Assembly (NCBI GenBank): GCA_964455555.1
Contig: CAYVXV010000002.1
Location: 3,136-67,135 of the forward strand
DNA: 64,000 bases
DNA from: an uncultured Pseudomonadales bacterium
GTDB taxonomy: Bacteria > Patescibacteriota > Microgenomatia > UBA1400 > PJMF01
Reading direction: 5' to 3'
Positions 9,689-19,559 of the stretch are shown here, piece by piece; position 1 is the first letter of the stretch, and every line of letters begins with the position of its first letter. The position numbers and the translations under genes were made by a program. Below the pieces are notes generated by a model, which was given only the letters and a program-made list of their open reading frames with translations, made no database searches and was not told the origin of the DNA.

Positions 9689-10873
9689 ATGTACAAAAAA
9701 ATATTATTGATAGCTTTTGCCGTTTATTTAGTTTCAGCAGGATTATCCTACGCAGTATTTTCCCGGTTCGGCGCCCCTGCGGCACTGACACAGGTACAAG
9801 AAATCCTTCCTGAAGAAGAAACAGCCCTAGGTGCGTTATTGAATATTGATCCAAATGAGCCGAGAAATCAGGCTTGTCCGTTGAGTGGGAAGCTCTTTAC
9901 CAATACTGAGAAACAGGCATGGGAGAAGCGCAGGCCGCTGGCTGTCATGATCGAAAACGCCCCAGATGCCAGGCCTCAATCCGGCCTCAGTTCTGCAGAC
10001 ATAGTGTTTGAGGCTATCGCGGAAGGCGGAGTAACCAGGTTTATGGCAATGTATTATTGCGATGTACAGCGGTTTGACACCACTATCGCTCCGGTCAGAT
10101 CAGCGAGGACCTACTACATTGACTGGGCATCAGGATTTAATTTGCCACTTTATGTTCATGTTGGCGGAGCCAACTTGCCCGGTCCGACCGATGCATTGGG
10201 CCAGATAAATTCGTACGGCTGGGCGCTGCAGAATGACCTCAATCAATTCTCAATTGGCTATCCGACTTTTGTCAGGAATGCCAACCGCCTAGGGAGGCCA
10301 GTTGCAACAGAGCATACCATGGAAACCAGCACGGAAAAACTTTGGGCAGTTGCTGAAAAGAGAGGTTGGACTAATATGTCTCCTTCCAGAAGAGTTGCTG
10401 GCAGGGCGGTTCCTGCCGCAGACTGGAAAGATGGTTTCGAACCATGGAAGTTCCAGGATGGCAAAGCCGGTTCTGGATCTGTTGAAAAAATCTCCTATGA
10501 TTTTTGGTCAGGTTATAAGCAGTACTCAGTGTCTTGGACATATGATTCTGAAACGAACGGATATAAACGAAGCAATGGCGGGGAGGCTCATATTGACCTC
10601 AATAACGACAAACAAGTTGAGGCCAAGAATGTGGTGGTCCTTCTAACTGATGAGCGAGGGCCGGTTAATGAGCTCAAGCACATGATCTACAAAACAGTTG
10701 GTTCGGGCAACGCCCTGATCTTTCAAAACGGAGAAGCTATCAGCGGTAAATGGGTAAAACAGACCCGCCAGGATGAACTGAAGTTCGTTGACATGAAGGG
10801 TCAGCCAATTGAGTTTGTCCGCGGTTTGACCTGGATTTCAGTTGTCGACAACTCAACAAAAGTCGCCTACTAA
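9689..10873 (+). CDS. DUF3048-like (YerB-like) exported protein
   Basis: N-terminal signal anchor; block RPLAVMIENAPDARPQSGLSSADIVFEAIAEGGVTRF resembles DUF3048 N-domain. Confidence 0.5.
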   Translation: MYKKILLIAFAVYLVSAGLSYAVFSRFGAPAALTQVQEILPEEETALGALLNIDPNEPRNQACPLSGKLFTNTEKQAWEKRRPLAVMIENAPDARPQSGLSSADIVFEAIAEGGVTRFMAMYYCDVQRFDTTIAPVRSARTYYIDWASGFNLPLYVHVGGANLPGPTDALGQINSYGWALQNDLNQFSIGYPTFVRNANRLGRPVATEHTMETSTEKLWAVAEKRGWTNMSPSRRVAGRAVPAADWKDGFEPWKFQDGKAGSGSVEKISYDFWSGYKQYSVSWTYDSETNGYKRSNGGEAHIDLNNDKQVEAKNVVVLLTDERGPVNELKHMIYKTVGSGNALIFQNGEAISGKWVKQTRQDELKFVDMKGQPIEFVRGLTWISVVDNSTKVAY

Positions 10874-10948
10874 CCATCAAAAGTTGCCTACTAGCCGTTC
10901 GACATTTCCTCTGCTACTATACAAATAGGAGTACAAAAAGTAATCATT

Positions 10949-11551
10949 ATGGCAGAATTACAAGATTTCATGATTTCCAGGGTTCGGGTAAGGATGATTG
11001 AATTATTTTTCTCTGATCCTGAAGAAATGTATTACGTTCGCGAAATAACGCGCGAAATTAAAGAAGAAATCAATGCTGTTCGCAGAGAATTGGACAGAAT
11101 GCTGGGATCCGGCCTATTAAAAAGTGAGCAACGCGGCAATAGGCTTTATTATTTTCTTAATAAAAGATATCTATACTACGATGAATTGCTGCAAATGGTA
11201 GTCAAAAGTACCGGATTGGGCAAAAAAATCAGAAAATTCAGGCGCAAGCTTGGAAACATCAGCTATGTTATGTTCTCAGGCCAGTTTGTTAAGAGGTTCC
11301 CGCCCAGGCAGGGAGAGGTGGATATTCTTATAATTGGCGAAGTGGTTCTTCAAGAAGTCAACGCGTTAATTAAGGAGGAGGAAAAGAGGCTCGGCAAAGA
11401 GATAAATTACGCTGTCTTTAGCGAAGAGGAGTTTGAGTTTAGAAAGACCAGGAGGGATCCGTTTATTATGGATGTTCTTTTCGGCAGCAGGGTGATGGTT
11501 ATAGGGAGCGAAGAAGAATTTGTTAACCGGCAAACACCCGGAATTTCTTAA
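10949..11551 (+). CDS. Winged-helix DNA-binding protein, putative transcriptional regulator
   Basis: N-terminal wHTH-like segment (YYVREITREIKEEINAVRRELDRMLGSGLL); overlaps secD start. Confidence 0.4.
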   Translation: MAELQDFMISRVRVRMIELFFSDPEEMYYVREITREIKEEINAVRRELDRMLGSGLLKSEQRGNRLYYFLNKRYLYYDELLQMVVKSTGLGKKIRKFRRKLGNISYVMFSGQFVKRFPPRQGEVDILIIGEVVLQEVNALIKEEEKRLGKEINYAVFSEEEFEFRKTRRDPFIMDVLFGSRVMVIGSEEEFVNRQTPGIS

Positions 11552-12980
11552 GAACCTAAATATGTCTAATAGTGTAAGAAACTTTATCCTGATTGTGTTG
11601 CTTTCAGTAGTTTCTGCCTTGATTGCGTTGCCGGAATCTCTCACGCTTAACCTGCCTTTCACAGACGGCTCAAAGAGCATCACTGTTGGTTCACCCGTTA
11701 TCAATACTGTTATTCTGGGAAGGCCCGTTTATAAAAAATTTGAATTCAAACAAGGCCTTGATATTCAGGGTGGAATGCAGGTAGTGCTGAGCGCCGACGT
11801 TTCGGGCATCGCAGACCAGGATCGCTTGACTGCTTTGGATTCTGCAAGAGAAATTATTATGCGCCGCGTTGATCTCTATGGGATCGCTGAGCCCTCGGTT
11901 CAGACCGCAATATCCGGAAATGATTATCGTCTTTTAGTAGAGCTTCCCGGTGTTTCAAATCCTGAAGAAGCCCTTCAGCTGGTCGGCCAGACAGCTGAGT
12001 TGGACTTTAGATTGGTTCAAGAATCAGAGACAACGCCAGATCAAGAAGAACTAACTGAGTTTAATGAAGTAGGGGTTGAAGACTCAACTATAGAACTTGT
12101 CCCCACCGGTATCACTGGTCAGCAGCTAAGACGCGCCAGCGTTCAGTTTGACCAAACAACCGGAGAGCCCGTAGTTTTCTTGGAATTCGATGACAGAGGA
12201 AGGGAAATGTTTTCTGAAGTTACCTCAGAGAATACAGGAGAACTCCTGGGAATATTTATTGATGGCGGCTTAATTATGGCACCCAGAATAAATACACCTA
12301 TTATCGATGGCAAAGCCACTATCACTGGTGGCTTCACTATAGAAGAAGCAAAGCAGTTGAGTATTCAGTTAAATGCCGGTGCCCTTCCGGTGCCAATCGA
12401 GGTATTAGAACAAAGGACCATCGGTGCAAGCCTAGGGCAGGACTCAGTTCAGAAAAGCCTACAGGCCGGCGTTATCGGCATTGGTTTAGTGATGCTCTTT
12501 ATGACTCTTTATTATGGCATGAAGGGAGTTTTGGCCAGCTTGGCACTATTGGTTTACGCCTTACTTACAATTGCTATCTACAAGACTATCGGCGTCACAA
12601 TAACTCTTCCCGGTTTAGCGGGGTTGATTCTTTCAATCGGTATGGCTGTTGATGCAAATATTTTAATTTTTGAGCGGATGAAAGAGGAACTGAGAATTGG
12701 CAAGCCTTTTGCTATAGCCCTTGAGCTTGGTTTTGGCCGTGCTTGGGACAGTATCAAGGATGCTAATCTAGCAACCATAATTACAGCCCTTATTTTAATA
12801 AATCCAATGAACTTTTCATTTCTAAATACCAGCGGTTTAGTCAGGGGTTTTGGTATTACGCTGCTAATCGGAGTGCTTTTGTCTCTATTCACAGGAGTTT
12901 TGGTTACCAGAACCTTTCTCAGGTTGTTTTTGAAGCCCGAGCAGTTTGGTGCGGGTTTAAGTAACGCAAGAAAAGGCTAA
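11520..12980 (+). CDS. secD: Protein translocase subunit SecD (alternative start at 11562)
   Basis: GLDIQGGMQVVL periplasmic domain motif, C-terminal 6-TM SecD/F domain. Confidence 0.85.
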   Translation: MLTGKHPEFLKNLNMSNSVRNFILIVLLSVVSALIALPESLTLNLPFTDGSKSITVGSPVINTVILGRPVYKKFEFKQGLDIQGGMQVVLSADVSGIADQDRLTALDSAREIIMRRVDLYGIAEPSVQTAISGNDYRLLVELPGVSNPEEALQLVGQTAELDFRLVQESETTPDQEELTEFNEVGVEDSTIELVPTGITGQQLRRASVQFDQTTGEPVVFLEFDDRGREMFSEVTSENTGELLGIFIDGGLIMAPRINTPIIDGKATITGGFTIEEAKQLSIQLNAGALPVPIEVLEQRTIGASLGQDSVQKSLQAGVIGIGLVMLFMTLYYGMKGVLASLALLVYALLTIAIYKTIGVTITLPGLAGLILSIGMAVDANILIFERMKEELRIGKPFAIALELGFGRAWDSIKDANLATIITALILINPMNFSFLNTSGLVRGFGITLLIGVLLSLFTGVLVTRTFLRLFLKPEQFGAGLSNARKG

Positions 12981-12981
12981 T

Positions 12982-13878
12982 ATGCATATCATGAAATACC
13001 GGCCAATATTTTTTGGAATCTCATTGTCCTTGTTAATCCCGAGCATAATCTCCTTAGCAATTTTTGGCCTTAAGCCATCAATTGATTTTACCGGCGGTTC
13101 AATGCTTGAAATATCAGTCAATGAGGGAGTGGTTTTAGAGCGCACGCAAGTGCGGGAGGTACTAGGAGACACTTATGATGTTCAAGCAGTAAAGATGGTG
13201 GGCGAGGGGCAGGTTGACTTTGTCGGACCGTTTATTTCCAACGATCAGAAGGAAGAAGCTCTGCAAAAATTGAGAGATTCATATGGAGAGATAGAGGAGC
13301 TGCGCTTTGAAACTGTTGGCGCCACAGTCAGTGCGGAGCTGATAAAAAAAACTGCCATTGCCATATTTTTGGTTTCAGGGCTTATAACTGTGTACGTCTG
13401 GCATCAATTTAATGATTTTAAGTTTGGGGTTAGTGCTATATTAGCTATGCTTCACGACTCGGTACTATTAATTGGCTTGTTTAGCATATTGGGCCATTTT
13501 TTTGATGTGGAGGTAGATATTTTATTTGTAACCGCCTTATTAACCACTTTGTCATTTTCGATTCACGACACGATTGTAGTTTTTGATAGAGTCCGTGAGC
13601 TTAGAGGCAAAAACAAGAGGGTGCCATTTGACACAGTTGTTAGCACAGCTGTTCTAGAAACCTTAAGCAGGTCAATTAATAACTCGGTCACAATTATAAT
13701 TATGCTGTCTGCATTAGTTCTTCTCGGTGGAGAAACTATCCGTTGGTTTGCCCTAGCATTATTAGCTGGAGCTATTACCGGTACTTATTCCTCTACATTT
13801 ACCGCTGCACCGCTATTATTGCTTTGGGATGATATAGGCGCTAAAAAACGAAGTATAACCCGTAAGAAAAATGTCTGA
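12982..13878 (+). CDS. secF: Protein translocase subunit SecF
   Basis: FTGGSMLEI motif, SecDF C-terminal TM domain; directly follows secD. Confidence 0.85.
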   Translation: MHIMKYRPIFFGISLSLLIPSIISLAIFGLKPSIDFTGGSMLEISVNEGVVLERTQVREVLGDTYDVQAVKMVGEGQVDFVGPFISNDQKEEALQKLRDSYGEIEELRFETVGATVSAELIKKTAIAIFLVSGLITVYVWHQFNDFKFGVSAILAMLHDSVLLIGLFSILGHFFDVEVDILFVTALLTTLSFSIHDTIVVFDRVRELRGKNKRVPFDTVVSTAVLETLSRSINNSVTIIIMLSALVLLGGETIRWFALALLAGAITGTYSSTFTAAPLLLLWDDIGAKKRSITRKKNV

Positions 13879-14350
13879 GGTAAAAAAGTTTTTAAAATAC
13901 CCAACCGGAAAAATTGCTCCAGGAGCCTTCTGCCAGTGTTGCATGCGTTACAACACCCGCAATGTTACCTGCAGTGTGCTGCTGGTAAACAAAAACGAGG
14001 AAATCCTGCTAGTATTAAGAAATTCAGAGCCTTTTAAAGGCCGGTGGGCTTTGCCGGGCGGCTATCTTGATTGGTATGAAACGGTAGAGCAGACTGCCAT
14101 AAGAGAGGTAAGTGAGGAAACAGGCTTAACAGTCAGCGCCCTTGAATTAGCAGGAATCCGATCAGACCTAAGTGCGGGAGATGACCGCCAGAATGTTGAC
14201 ATTTTCTTTTTTAGCCGTGCTTTTAAAGGCAAACTGAACAGTTCAAGCAAAGAAATCAAAAAAACCCACTGGTTTAGCATTAATAGTTTGCCTGATAAAA
14301 TGGCATTTGACCATAAAAGGATAATCAAGGAGTTTGCTTATGAGAGATAA
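13871..14350 (+). CDS. NUDIX hydrolase
   Basis: Nudix box GRWALPGGYLDWYETVEQTAIREVSEETGL. Confidence 0.8.
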   Translation: MSEVKKFLKYPTGKIAPGAFCQCCMRYNTRNVTCSVLLVNKNEEILLVLRNSEPFKGRWALPGGYLDWYETVEQTAIREVSEETGLTVSALELAGIRSDLSAGDDRQNVDIFFFSRAFKGKLNSSSKEIKKTHWFSINSLPDKMAFDHKRIIKEFAYER

Positions 14351-14522
14351 AATATCCCAAGCCGAGATTGAGAGCGCAGCTGCCGCTCAGGAGACCAAGA
14401 AAGCCAAGGAGACTGAAAGATATGCCAGCCGGGTGTTACAGTCTGCAGAAGCCGTTAATAAAAGTAGAGCAAAGGACAGAGCCGCCAGAAGGGCTTTGCT
14501 AGGCCTGAAGCCTGAGTCCTAG
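14334..14522 (+). CDS. Small Lys/Ala-rich basic protein (62 aa), hypothetical
   Basis: ORF only; overlaps NUDIX stop; may not be real. Confidence 0.25.
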   Translation: MLMRDKISQAEIESAAAAQETKKAKETERYASRVLQSAEAVNKSRAKDRAARRALLGLKPES

Positions 14523-16123
14523 ATTATCTTTTTTGCCTCATTCAAAAGGGATTCTTTATTGTTAAGCTCAGGATTGTCCAAGACTAACTCAAATAACTGA
14601 GATAATATGTTTCCCAATTCCGGGCCTGGTTCTAACCCGAGCTCAGACATAAGCACATGCCCGTCGATTGCAAGGTCTCTGATTTCCATCGGTTGATTGA
14701 GCTGTTCTATCATTCTTGACTTAAGCTCTTCCAGACGCCAGCTGGTTTTTCTGGCTCCGCTGCCCAGGCGGTCTGCTTCCCTTAAATCCAAAATGTCATC
14801 TATATTTTCCAGCCCAATTTTTCTCATTAACCTTCTAATTGAGGCATCCGTATTTTCCGGTTGGTAGTAAAACATATGGTATCTCACCAAGGCGAAAACG
14901 CGCTCCTGGTTGTGTTTGGACAACCTTAGCCGCTCAGCTATCATTTTAGACATTCTTGACCCGACAATTTCATGGTTGTAAAAAGTAATTTTACCGTCAG
15001 TCTCCTGATATGTTTTAGGTTTGGCAATATCATGGAGAAGTGTTGCCAGCCTGACCACCGGATCCGGAGAAGGGCAGGCTGCCAAAGCGTCAAGGCTATG
15101 GGTCCAGACATCGGTGGTGTGATGCCCGCCTTGCTCAACACCTTTGGCATCCAGAAGTTCGGGGAGTATGTATTCCAGAAGGCCAACTTGATCTAAAATT
15201 TCAATCGCTTCTTTGGGATAATTACTGGAAAGCATTTTTAGGAACTCGGCGCTGATTCGCTCGAAACTAATCTCTGACACTAATATCGAAAGTTTTTCAA
15301 TTGCTCCAAAAGTCTCCTCTTCAATTCTCATGTTCAGCTGAACCGATAGGCGAATAGCTCGAAGCATTCTCAAAGCATCTTCCTCAAAACGCTCGGTGGC
15401 TGACCCTACTGTGCGGATAATGCCTTCCTCTAAGTCTCTGATGCCGCCATGATAATCAATGACTTGGTATTCATCCCGACCTAGCTCAATTTCTTCATGA
15501 GTAATCGCAGCAGCAGCATGCCTGTCCAATATCGGTTCCGATATATTGATAGCTAACGCATTAATAGTAAAGTCACGGCGCTCCAAATCTTCTTCAATAG
15601 TTTGGCCCCATTCAACAGAATCAGGGCGCCTGCGGTCGCTGTAAGCGCCCTCTGAGCGGTAGGTGGTTATCTCAAAATTGCGCTCCACAACAGCATCATG
15701 TTTAAATGCTACTGCCTCAGGAATTTCCAGTGATTCATGAATCTTGGTTGCTTTGGCTAGGTCTATCAAGCGGTTTGATTCAGTTTTAATTTCTTTCACT
15801 GTTGGTTCGGGAAGGTCAAATTGCCGCCTCAGGTCTTCCGGTGTGATCATCACAGTCCCGAACTCATTTTCATAAAAAGCATCAGGAAATAGTGACAATA
15901 TTTCTTCAGGAGAAGCATTAGTGGTAAAGTCGTAATCGTGAGGAGGTTCGATAGCTTGGCCATTACTTCTATCTTGAAGCTGCATCAGCAAATCTCTCAC
16001 TGCACCGCCGACTATATAGCCGTCATAACCCGCATCTTGCAAGGTTTTTAAGATAAAAAGAGGTTCTCGGTTTAGAGTGATGCGGCCATCAAGCATAATC
16101 ATCATTATACTAGAAGTCGCCAC
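14519..16123 (-). CDS. cca: CCA-adding tRNA nucleotidyltransferase with HD domain
   Basis: GGAVRDLLM...DYDFTT polymerase-beta head motif; HD domain HD..K further C-terminal. Confidence 0.8.
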   Translation of the reverse strand: MATSSIMMIMLDGRITLNREPLFILKTLQDAGYDGYIVGGAVRDLLMQLQDRSNGQAIEPPHDYDFTTNASPEEILSLFPDAFYENEFGTVMITPEDLRRQFDLPEPTVKEIKTESNRLIDLAKATKIHESLEIPEAVAFKHDAVVERNFEITTYRSEGAYSDRRRPDSVEWGQTIEEDLERRDFTINALAINISEPILDRHAAAAITHEEIELGRDEYQVIDYHGGIRDLEEGIIRTVGSATERFEEDALRMLRAIRLSVQLNMRIEEETFGAIEKLSILVSEISFERISAEFLKMLSSNYPKEAIEILDQVGLLEYILPELLDAKGVEQGGHHTTDVWTHSLDALAACPSPDPVVRLATLLHDIAKPKTYQETDGKITFYNHEIVGSRMSKMIAERLRLSKHNQERVFALVRYHMFYYQPENTDASIRRLMRKIGLENIDDILDLREADRLGSGARKTSWRLEELKSRMIEQLNQPMEIRDLAIDGHVLMSELGLEPGPELGNILSQLFELVLDNPELNNKESLLNEAKKII

Positions 16124-16158
16124 TTACTAGTAAAAGGGATTTGCAGTAGGATAAGGGC

Positions 16159-17859
16159 ATGAAAAAGCAATGGTTGGTCAAGCACGCGGATCCACCAAAA
16201 ACCCTCGAGGAACTAAAAGCAATTCTACTCAAAAACAGGGGTATAGATGATCATGACGGTTTTATTAATGTTAAAGAACCGGGTTTGCTTAATATTGAGG
16301 AAACAGGCATAAATCCGCTGCAGATGGAAAAAGCGGTAGAACGTCTTTGGCAGGCTCATAAGCAGCAGGAAGACGTATTAGTTTTTGGTGACTATGATGC
16401 GGATGGCATTACAGCCACAGCAATTCTTTGGCTAACTCTGCATAAGCTTGGTTTTAAGTCAAGGCCCTTTGTTCCTCACAGGGAAAAGCATGGTTATGGA
16501 ATTTCGGATAGAGCATTAGACGAAATACTTACAAATAGAAAACCAGATCTGATTGTCACGGTTGACAATGGCATAGTTGCTCATGCTACGGTTGAAAGAC
16601 TCAGAGCAGAAGATGTTGATGTTATTATTACCGATCACCATCAGCCTGAGACCACAAAAAAGGGAAAGGTGCAACTGCCCAAGGCACTCGCAGTAGTGCA
16701 CACTACCAAACTGTGTGGTGCCACAGTTTCCTGGATGCTGGCAAGGGAGCTTGATAAGGAATATACCCGCTATCTACTCGACCTAGCTGGAATAGCTACA
16801 ATAGCTGATCAGGTGCAGCTTACCGGTGCCAATCGCAGTTTTGCCAAATTTGGCCTTGAAGCATTAAAAAAAACCAAGAGGATCGGGTTGCTAAAACTGC
16901 TGGAGGCAGCAGGCATAGATCAAAAGAAAATAACTGCTGCTACTGTGGGTTATAGCATCGCACCTAGGATTAATGCCATGGGCAGGTTGGAGCATGGTAT
17001 GGATGCCCTCAGGCTGTTATGCACCAATAATAAAGCCAGAGCAACAGAACTTGCTGCCTTATTAATGCAGACCAATGTTCGGAGGCAGGATATTACAGAC
17101 GATTTACTGACTGATGCCATACAACAGGTTCAAAATCAGCAGGATGAGCACATAATCATCGTTTCATCTCATGACTACCATGAGGGCGTAATTGGCTTAA
17201 TTGCAGGACGGCTTACTGAGCAATTTTATAAACCAGCTATTGCTATCAGCCTGAATGGCGGTGTCGGCAAGGCATCGGCCAGGAGCGTCAGTGGGGTTAA
17301 TATAGTTGAGCTATTAAGGCAAGTGAGGGATGACCTTTTGGAAGTAGGTGGCCATCCAATGGCAGCGGGGTTTGGCCTTGAAATGAGTAAATTAAAGCAG
17401 GTCAGAGACAAGTTGTTTGCCCTGGCTAAATCAGAAATATCACCTGATCAACTGATCCCAAATATTGCAATAGATTGTTCTTTGCCGTTTTCGTTCGTCC
17501 GCGATGATACGGTTGAGTTTGTGGAAACCCTCTCCCCATTCGGGCAGGGCAATGAGCAGCCAATATTTAAACTGGAGTCAGTAACCGTCATTGAAGCCAA
17601 GCCAATAGGCAGAAATAACAGCCACCTGAAAATTTTGGTTAGGGATGATTTAGACGATTCAAACGGCCAGGGAAACAAGCTTCAAGTGCTCGCTTGGCAA
17701 AAGGGTGAGCAGGCTGCAGAACTTGGGCCGGGCACTGCGATTTCTTTAGCTGGAAAATTTGAGTTCAATTATTGGAATGGGCGCCGCAGCATCCAGATGA
17801 TTATGGAAGATTTGAAACAGGTGTCTGGTGATGAATTAGATGCAACTACCGAGGCCTAA
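16159..17859 (+). CDS. recJ: Single-stranded-DNA-specific exonuclease RecJ
   Basis: DHH motifs VFGDYDADGITATAIL, ITDHH; DHHA1 C-terminal region. Confidence 0.85.
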   Translation: MKKQWLVKHADPPKTLEELKAILLKNRGIDDHDGFINVKEPGLLNIEETGINPLQMEKAVERLWQAHKQQEDVLVFGDYDADGITATAILWLTLHKLGFKSRPFVPHREKHGYGISDRALDEILTNRKPDLIVTVDNGIVAHATVERLRAEDVDVIITDHHQPETTKKGKVQLPKALAVVHTTKLCGATVSWMLARELDKEYTRYLLDLAGIATIADQVQLTGANRSFAKFGLEALKKTKRIGLLKLLEAAGIDQKKITAATVGYSIAPRINAMGRLEHGMDALRLLCTNNKARATELAALLMQTNVRRQDITDDLLTDAIQQVQNQQDEHIIIVSSHDYHEGVIGLIAGRLTEQFYKPAIAISLNGGVGKASARSVSGVNIVELLRQVRDDLLEVGGHPMAAGFGLEMSKLKQVRDKLFALAKSEISPDQLIPNIAIDCSLPFSFVRDDTVEFVETLSPFGQGNEQPIFKLESVTVIEAKPIGRNNSHLKILVRDDLDDSNGQGNKLQVLAWQKGEQAAELGPGTAISLAGKFEFNYWNGRRSIQMIMEDLKQVSGDELDATTEA

Positions 17860-19318
17860 AAACTCTCTTGATTCTTTTAGCCAGAGACTGGCTTCCAACC
17901 TCTTTGAGGCGGTATTTTTCTCTGAGATCATAAATTATTGATTGTTTGGCATATTCATAGTTGCCTTCCCAATCAGTATCACCGGTGGAATAAATTGAGT
18001 CAGGAAAGAGCATCGTCGAGACCTCAAAAGCTCTCCTTAGTTCAAAAGCACGGTGCGCTAAAGGTTTTTCATAGCTGACTGTCCCATTGACCATGTGTCC
18101 GACCTGCAAATGATAATTTAGGTAGTCATCCATCAGGAAAAAGACCATTTCAACAGGATATGGCACGTCCTTGAAAACAGCCTGTATTCGACGCCATTTA
18201 ATGCTGGATTGGCCTCTTTCATTGCCAGTTTGGTTGTCTTCATAAATGAATTCGCACTCAGGCATCCGCAGTACAAGCTCTAAGACCTGATGATATAGTG
18301 CCTCGAGATCCCGCCGGCTTTCTAGGGCAAATAAACTGCCGTGGTGGTCTTTGACATTATCCACGGAAATGGGTAGATTGTCAGTTAATGACAGCATAAT
18401 TGCTTTAGCTACATTGGATGTGTTCTTTTTTTCACGATAATGATAAAAAATTTTGCTTTCCTCGCCCTCACTATCCTTAAGAACGCGAAAGTGCATTTTT
18501 TGGTGTTTGATATGCCGGCCTCTTCCCGCTCTTTCCGGCTTATTAGTGCTGTATCCCAAGCACCTATTAGTGTGATCATCATGCACAGAATATAAATCTT
18601 GTTCCACTAGATGGCCGATAGGGCCGTCAAATAGCTCTCTCTCCAGTGAACTGTTTATAGTGTTAATCTTGTCCTCAATTTGTGTCAGGCGGCGTTTTTT
18701 CTCGAAAAGCAGCAAAATGTACATTATCAGTAGCTGGCGGTAGGCCTCATACTTATAGCGGTTGTCGACAGATCCGTTCAAGAGCAAAACCTCCATGGTC
18801 AGAAGACTTTCGCTAGAAGGTGTTTGAATAGGGTTAAGCAAGGAATGTTTGCCTTCGCTGTCCGGAAAGGCTAATGCTCTAAAATATTCCACTACAGCAT
18901 TTGCCTCAGCGGCATAGCGCTGCAGTTCAAAACCTAATTGTTTGGGGTCATCTGGCAAAAAAGGAAAATGCTCTTTGTAAAACCTGGCTAAAGCTTTTTT
19001 AACTGGCGCATAATCAAATTCTTCCGAGTGGCCATTTGAGCAACCATTGCTGCTGTAAAGAGAATCATGTTGGAAAATGTCACCTTCGTGATTTTCGACG
19101 TTATTTATTGGTTTGCCGGCAGCCTGATAAATATTTACGAGATCTCTGGTGGTTTCTTTTCCTAATAAGGCTATCATCAGCCTGACAAACCCGGTTGAAT
19201 CCGTTTCAAAGCCGCTCAACAGCTCTGGCTTGAGATATCGACCAGGATTAGGCCTTTTTATAACATCAGCAGCACTTTGAGCTCGTGATGGATGTAATGT
19301 ACTTTCAATATTTGTCAT
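17846..19318 (-). CDS. Large orphan hypothetical protein (490 aa), no recognisable motifs
   Basis: Long ORF; 3' end overlaps recJ convergently by 14 nt; preceded by structured leader/attenuator. Confidence 0.5.
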   Translation of the reverse strand: MTNIESTLHPSRAQSAADVIKRPNPGRYLKPELLSGFETDSTGFVRLMIALLGKETTRDLVNIYQAAGKPINNVENHEGDIFQHDSLYSSNGCSNGHSEEFDYAPVKKALARFYKEHFPFLPDDPKQLGFELQRYAAEANAVVEYFRALAFPDSEGKHSLLNPIQTPSSESLLTMEVLLLNGSVDNRYKYEAYRQLLIMYILLLFEKKRRLTQIEDKINTINSSLERELFDGPIGHLVEQDLYSVHDDHTNRCLGYSTNKPERAGRGRHIKHQKMHFRVLKDSEGEESKIFYHYREKKNTSNVAKAIMLSLTDNLPISVDNVKDHHGSLFALESRRDLEALYHQVLELVLRMPECEFIYEDNQTGNERGQSSIKWRRIQAVFKDVPYPVEMVFFLMDDYLNYHLQVGHMVNGTVSYEKPLAHRAFELRRAFEVSTMLFPDSIYSTGDTDWEGNYEYAKQSIIYDLREKYRLKEVGSQSLAKRIKRVFRPR

Positions 19319-19329
19319 AATAATATAGC

Positions 19330-19355
19330 AATAAAAAAAGCCCTTCTTCAGGGCT
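19330..19355 (-). terminator. Intrinsic terminator hairpin (AAGCCCU-gaaga-AGGGCUU + U7) 12 nt upstream of the ORF490 start; part of candidate attenuator
   Basis: 7-bp GC-rich stem, 5-nt loop, U7 tract on minus strand. Confidence 0.6.
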
Positions 19356-19444
19356 TATTCATCAAAACTCACAATAAGCCCTAAATAAAGCAGCCCTTAA
19401 GCATAATAACTGAAAATCTACCATGAGCTTTTTGCATAGGGATA

Positions 19445-19472
19445 TTATAAGTCGGAAAAGGTTCTAGTCAAG
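19445..19472 (-). promoter_or_regulatory. Sigma70-like promoter TTGACT-N16-TATAAT on minus strand driving ~120-nt leader toward ORF490
   Basis: Near-consensus -35 and consensus -10 hexamers with 16-nt spacer. Confidence 0.55.
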
Positions 19473-19559
19473 GCGATATTGGTCAGGTTGGTAGTTGAAA
19501 AATTTGTAAAAATATTTTTAGCTATATATCTGGCGGAAATAATAGTAGAATACTAATAG

